NCBI GenBank assembly: GCA_964526605.1
Contig: CAZGJP010000003.1
Coordinates: 1 to 37,612, forward strand
DNA from: an uncultured Lentisphaera sp.
Lineage (GTDB): Bacteria > Verrucomicrobiota > Lentisphaeria > Victivallales > GWF2-50-93
Direction of reading: 5' to 3'
Length of the DNA: 37,612 nt
The notes under the pieces are model-generated. The model made no database searches, was not told the origin of the DNA, and saw only the letters and a list, made by a program, of their open reading frames with translations. Of this stretch, positions 34,011 to 37,612 are shown piece by piece; the first letter of the stretch is position 1, and every line of letters starts with the position of its first letter. Position numbers and translations under genes: made by a program.

Positions 34011-36563
34011 TCATTTCTGCTTCGCCCAGTCGAAGAGGGAGCTGTCGTCCTCGGGGGAGCTGTTCTTTCTTTTCGTCCTAGTCCTGATTGCCAGGCTGGG
34101 CTTCCCCGCCTCCCCAACGGAGTTGTTCTCGAGGTTTTCGAGTATCTCGAAGGCCCTGTCGATCACCTCCTGCGGCAGGCCTGCGATTTTCGCGACGTGC
34201 ACGCCGTAGCTCTTGTCTGTCGCCCCCGGCAGTATCTTCCTGAGGAATATGACCTGATCCCCGTATTCCTTCACGGCCACGTTGTAGTTCTTGACGGCCT
34301 TGCATGTGAGCGAGAGCTCGGTCAGCTCGTGGTAGTGGGTGGCAAAAAGAGTGAGCGGCCTGGTCCTCTCGCTGTCGTGCAGATATTCGGCGACGGCCCA
34401 GGCGATGCTGATCCCGTCGAAGGTACTCGTGCCCCTTCCGATCTCGTCGAGGACGACAAGGCTGTCCGCTGTCGCGTTGTTGAGGATGTTCGCCGCCTCG
34501 GTCATCTCGACCATGAATGTGCTCTGTCCGCGGGAGATGTCGTCCGAAGCGCCCACGCGTGTGAAAATCCTGTCCATGATGGCGATTTCCGCGGATTTCG
34601 CCGGGACGAATGATCCGATCTGGGCCATTATCACGATGAGCGCGACTTGGCGGATGTAGGTTGACTTTCCGGCCATGTTCGGCCCGGTGATGATCATGAT
34701 GCGGTTGTCCTTGTCGTCCAGCGCGGTGTCGTTCGGGACGAACCTCTCCCTCGTCATCTTCACGTCCAGGACTGGATGTCTGCCCTCCTGTATGTTCAGA
34801 ATTCTTTCCTGGCGGATCGCCGGCCGGCAGTAGTTGTTCTTGGCCGCGCAGTTCGCGAGGGATGCCAGGACGTCCATCTCCGCCAGAATAGCCGCCGTGT
34901 CGAGGAGCCTGTCCATCTGGAGCAGTATCTTCTCCCGAAGCCTGGTGAATATATCGAGTTCCAGCGACTTCGCCTTCTCCTCCGCGCCGATGATCTTGTT
35001 CTCCATCTCCTTCAGTTCCGGGGTCACGAACCTCTCTCCGGTGGCTATGGTCTGCTTCCTTATGTAGTCCTGCGGGACGATGTCCAGATAGCTCTTGCTT
35101 ATCTCTATGTAATATCCGAACACGTTGTTGAACTTGATCTTGAGCGTCTTTATGCCCGTCCTCTGCTGCTCCTTGCTTTGGAGCCGGGCCATCCAGTCCT
35201 TCCCCTCCGAGGACGCCCGCCTGAGCTCGTCGAGATCGGGGTTGAAGCCTTCCCTCACGAATCCGCCATCGCCGAGCGAGGCCGATGGTGAATCCACCAA
35301 AGTCGCCTTGATGTCTCGGACAAGTTCGGGAAACTCGGTCAGCGAATTTCGCAAGGCCTCCATCCTTGGCGCATCGTGGCATGCGAGAATCTGCTTGAGG
35401 CCTGGGATGATATCGAGGCTCTGGGCAAGCGCCCATACGTCGCGGGGGGCCGCGCTCCCCACATTGATCTTGGTGGAAATCCGCTGCACGTCCCGTGCCG
35501 CCGACAAGGTCTCCGTCAGTTCCGCCAGTCCAACGCCATCGTCCTTCAGCGCCTCGACCGCGCAGAGTCTGTCCTCGATGCGGGCCTTGTCCCTCAGCGG
35601 GCGTAGAATCCACTCCCTGAGCAGCCTTCCGCCCATGGGCGTGACGGTGGAGTCCAGCACGCCCAGGAGCGTGGAGCTCTTGTCGCCCCCGATGGAGTCC
35701 AGCAGTTCGAGATTCCTCTGCGTCACATAGTCTATCGTTGCGCAGTCTCCGGTCCTGTATACGCTCATTCTTCCGAGATGCGAGGCGTCCTGGCGCAGAT
35801 TCTCCCTTGCATAGTGGAGGATGGCGCCTGCGGACGAAACCCCAGCGGTCATCCCGCGGCATCCGAACCCGTCGAGAGAGGCGACCTTGAAGTGGGATTT
35901 GAGCAGTTCCTCGGCGTTGTCCCTTGAGAAGATCCAGTCGTCGAGCCGGGTCCACAGGATGCGGCCCGGCATCTGCTTCATCCTGGCATCGCCCCATTGG
36001 ACCGCGAGGGATTCCGGAAGCAGGCATTCGGGGGCGGCCAGCCGCTGGAGTTCGCTCTCGACATCCTCGAGCTTGTCCATCTCGGTGGTCCGGAAGTCCC
36101 CTGTGCTGACGTCAAGCGATGCAAGCCCGAAGACGCCATTGTCAAGGCAGAGCGACGCGAGAAAATTGTTCTGGTTCGGCGCCAGGACCGAGCCCTCGAT
36201 GATGGTTCCCGGGGTGATTATCCTGGTCACCGCCCGTTTCACTATTCCCTTCGCGAATCGGGGATCCTCCATCTGCTCGGCCACGGCAACCTTGACCCCC
36301 GACTGCAACAGCCTCGGAAGATAGATGTCAAGTGCGTGGTATGGCACTCCGCACATCGGCACACCGGCGCGCTTTGTGAGGGCGACCTCAAGGAGCGGGG
36401 CGGCCTTCACGGCATCGTCGAAGAACACCTCGTAGAAATCCCCCATCCTGAAAAGCAGGATGCAGTCCTGCGGTATGTCCTTCTTCGATGCGAGATACTG
36501 CCTCATCATCGGCGTTGTTCTGCTCTCAAGCCCTTCCTGCATGCTTCTCCAATCCAATTTCAA
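34011..36563 (-). CDS. mutS: DNA mismatch repair protein MutS
   Basis: 850 aa. 'TPMMRQYLASKK', 'LLFRMGDFYEVF', Walker A 'ITGPNMAGKSTYIRQ', 'STFMVEMTE', 'DEIGRGTSTFDG'. An alternative start is 7 codons in, at 36542. Confidence 0.95.
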   Translation of the reverse strand: MKLDWRSMQEGLESRTTPMMRQYLASKKDIPQDCILLFRMGDFYEVFFDDAVKAAPLLEVALTKRAGVPMCGVPYHALDIYLPRLLQSGVKVAVAEQMEDPRFAKGIVKRAVTRIITPGTIIEGSVLAPNQNNFLASLCLDNGVFGLASLDVSTGDFRTTEMDKLEDVESELQRLAAPECLLPESLAVQWGDARMKQMPGRILWTRLDDWIFSRDNAEELLKSHFKVASLDGFGCRGMTAGVSSAGAILHYARENLRQDASHLGRMSVYRTGDCATIDYVTQRNLELLDSIGGDKSSTLLGVLDSTVTPMGGRLLREWILRPLRDKARIEDRLCAVEALKDDGVGLAELTETLSAARDVQRISTKINVGSAAPRDVWALAQSLDIIPGLKQILACHDAPRMEALRNSLTEFPELVRDIKATLVDSPSASLGDGGFVREGFNPDLDELRRASSEGKDWMARLQSKEQQRTGIKTLKIKFNNVFGYYIEISKSYLDIVPQDYIRKQTIATGERFVTPELKEMENKIIGAEEKAKSLELDIFTRLREKILLQMDRLLDTAAILAEMDVLASLANCAAKNNYCRPAIRQERILNIQEGRHPVLDVKMTRERFVPNDTALDDKDNRIMIITGPNMAGKSTYIRQVALIVIMAQIGSFVPAKSAEIAIMDRIFTRVGASDDISRGQSTFMVEMTEAANILNNATADSLVVLDEIGRGTSTFDGISIAWAVAEYLHDSERTRPLTLFATHYHELTELSLTCKAVKNYNVAVKEYGDQVIFLRKILPGATDKSYGVHVAKIAGLPQEVIDRAFEILENLENNSVGEAGKPSLAIRTRTKRKNSSPEDDSSLFDWAKQK

Positions 36564-37224
36564 GACAAAAGCCCAAATTGCATATTCTCATTGCCGCGCA
36601 GGCTGCGCCGAAGCCGTTGTCGATGTTCACGACAGTGATGCCGCTGGCACAACTGTTGAGCATCGCAAACATGGCCGAAAGGCCGTTGAGCGAGACCCCG
36701 TATCCTACGCTTGTTGGCACAGCGATCACGGGACAGGAGACGAGCCCTCCTACCACGCTGGGAAGCGCTCCTTCCATGCCAGCCACAGCGATGACAACCG
36801 AGGATTTTCGGAGTTCCTCGACACGTGTCGTCAGACGGTGGATTCCTGCCACGCCGACATCGGAAATCAAATCGCAACAATAGCCGCATGCCTCGAGAGT
36901 CCTTAACGCTTCGTATGCGACAGGCAAGTCGCAGGTGCCAGCCGTAACTATCGTTATCTTATTGGCATTCTCCCGTTTTTTTTCCGTTTTTATGTAAAAG
37001 CAGCGGGATTGTTGGTCGTAGCATCCGTCTTTGAATGTTTTTTCCAATTTTTTGCCGGAGCGTTTTTCAACTCTGGTCGCCACTACGGCGTGGCCGCTTT
37101 TGCGAATTTCGCGGACGACGGTTTCCAGTTGTCCGATAGTTTTGCCTTCTCCATATATGAACTCTGGGAATCCGCATCTTTCATATCTGGACTCGTCGTA
37201 GTTGATTTCCTTTGTCTTGATCAT
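36526..37224 (-). CDS. larB: nickel-pincer cofactor biosynthesis protein LarB (PurE-like carboxylase/hydrolase)
   Basis: 'GFPEFIYGEGKT', 'ITIVTAGTCDLPVAYEA', 'VVIAVAGMEGALPSVVGGLVSCPVIAVPTSVGYG', 'NIDNGFGAA'. Its 3' end overlaps the mutS start by 17-38 nt. Confidence 0.8.
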   Translation of the reverse strand: MIKTKEINYDESRYERCGFPEFIYGEGKTIGQLETVVREIRKSGHAVVATRVEKRSGKKLEKTFKDGCYDQQSRCFYIKTEKKRENANKITIVTAGTCDLPVAYEALRTLEACGYCCDLISDVGVAGIHRLTTRVEELRKSSVVIAVAGMEGALPSVVGGLVSCPVIAVPTSVGYGVSLNGLSAMFAMLNSCASGITVVNIDNGFGAACAAMRICNLGFCLEIGLEKHAGRA

Positions 37225-37236
37225 GGTGCCCCTATT

Positions 37237-37612
37237 TCACCAGTCGTTTCCTTGAAGGTGTATTGTCCCCGTGGGGAATTTTGATAGTTTCAGAGGGTGG
37301 AACATGGCTATATTTTTGTCGGGGAGAGGAATTTCCGTTCCATCGGAGTCAACGCGTATTATTTGTTCTTTCGGCAATAGTATCCATCCGCATTTTTCGT
37401 ATAGTTTCTGCAATTCTGGCAGGCAGTAGAGAAGTCCCGCGTCGTAGCCTCTGGAGGCGGCCTCTTTCATGGATGCGTTCATGATGATCGAGCCATACCC
37501 TCTTCCTCTGCATTCCGGATCTGTGGCGACATTTTGTATCCCAGCCACCCTCACGCGCTTGCTCCCCGCGAGGATGCATCTATCAACTATTCCCACATGA
37601 CCCCTGATTTCA
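37237..37612 (-). CDS. GNAT family N-acetyltransferase (5'-truncated by the window edge)
   Basis: 'VAGIQNVATDPECRGRGYGSIIMNASMKEAASRGYDAGLLY' is the acetyl-CoA-binding motif A (R/Q-x-x-G-x-G/A). The frame stays open to the end of the window upstream of the track's GTG start at 37596. Confidence 0.75.
   Translation of the reverse strand, partial: EIRGHVGIVDRCILAGSKRVRVAGIQNVATDPECRGRGYGSIIMNASMKEAASRGYDAGLLYCLPELQKLYEKCGWILLPKEQIIRVDSDGTEIPLPDKNIAMFHPLKLSKFPTGTIHLQGNDW

Overview
This is a densely coding chromosomal segment with about 30 protein-coding genes. GC is in the mid to high 50s % by eye; I did not compute it. I found no rRNA, tRNA, CRISPR array, transposase, integrase or phage genes.

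Housekeeping genes: murA, prfB, waaA, a thiC interrupted by a stop codon, an M42 peptidase, fabI, nqrBCDEF, mutS and larB. Interleaved with them are glycan-utilisation genes: two GH20-like hexosaminidases without signal peptides, a DUF5107 protein, an aldolase/SDR fusion, a GH94-type phosphorylase and a secreted esterase.

Lineage: several features point by inference to a PVC-superphylum bacterium, probably Lentisphaerota/Victivallales-like. These are a prepilin-leader H-X9-DG protein, two GntR-HTH/PBP1 hybrid regulators, an Asp-type MurA, and an nqr operon without nqrA. Many genes are translationally coupled through ATGA or 3-11 nt junctions. The long antisense ORFs in the track are shadows of the real genes.

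I do not see a clear-cut new multi-gene system such as a defence island. The best leads are:
- (a) a duplicated 'sugar-sensing regulator -> cargo' locus at 13.6-20.1 kb, which couples an H-X9-DG pseudopilin-like protein and an acyltransferase to a GH94 phosphorylase; it has a near-consensus promoter overlapped by a perfect 11-bp inverted repeat;
- (b) an in-frame TAA inside an otherwise intact thiC that also lacks a riboswitch;
- (c) nqrBCDEF with no nqrA or apbE, and a perfect 19-bp hairpin between nqrE and nqrF;
- (d) three proteins of unknown function: 465 aa, 182 aa, and a GC-rich secreted peroxiredoxin-fold protein lacking the catalytic Cys.

All family assignments come from motif recognition by eye, not from searches.
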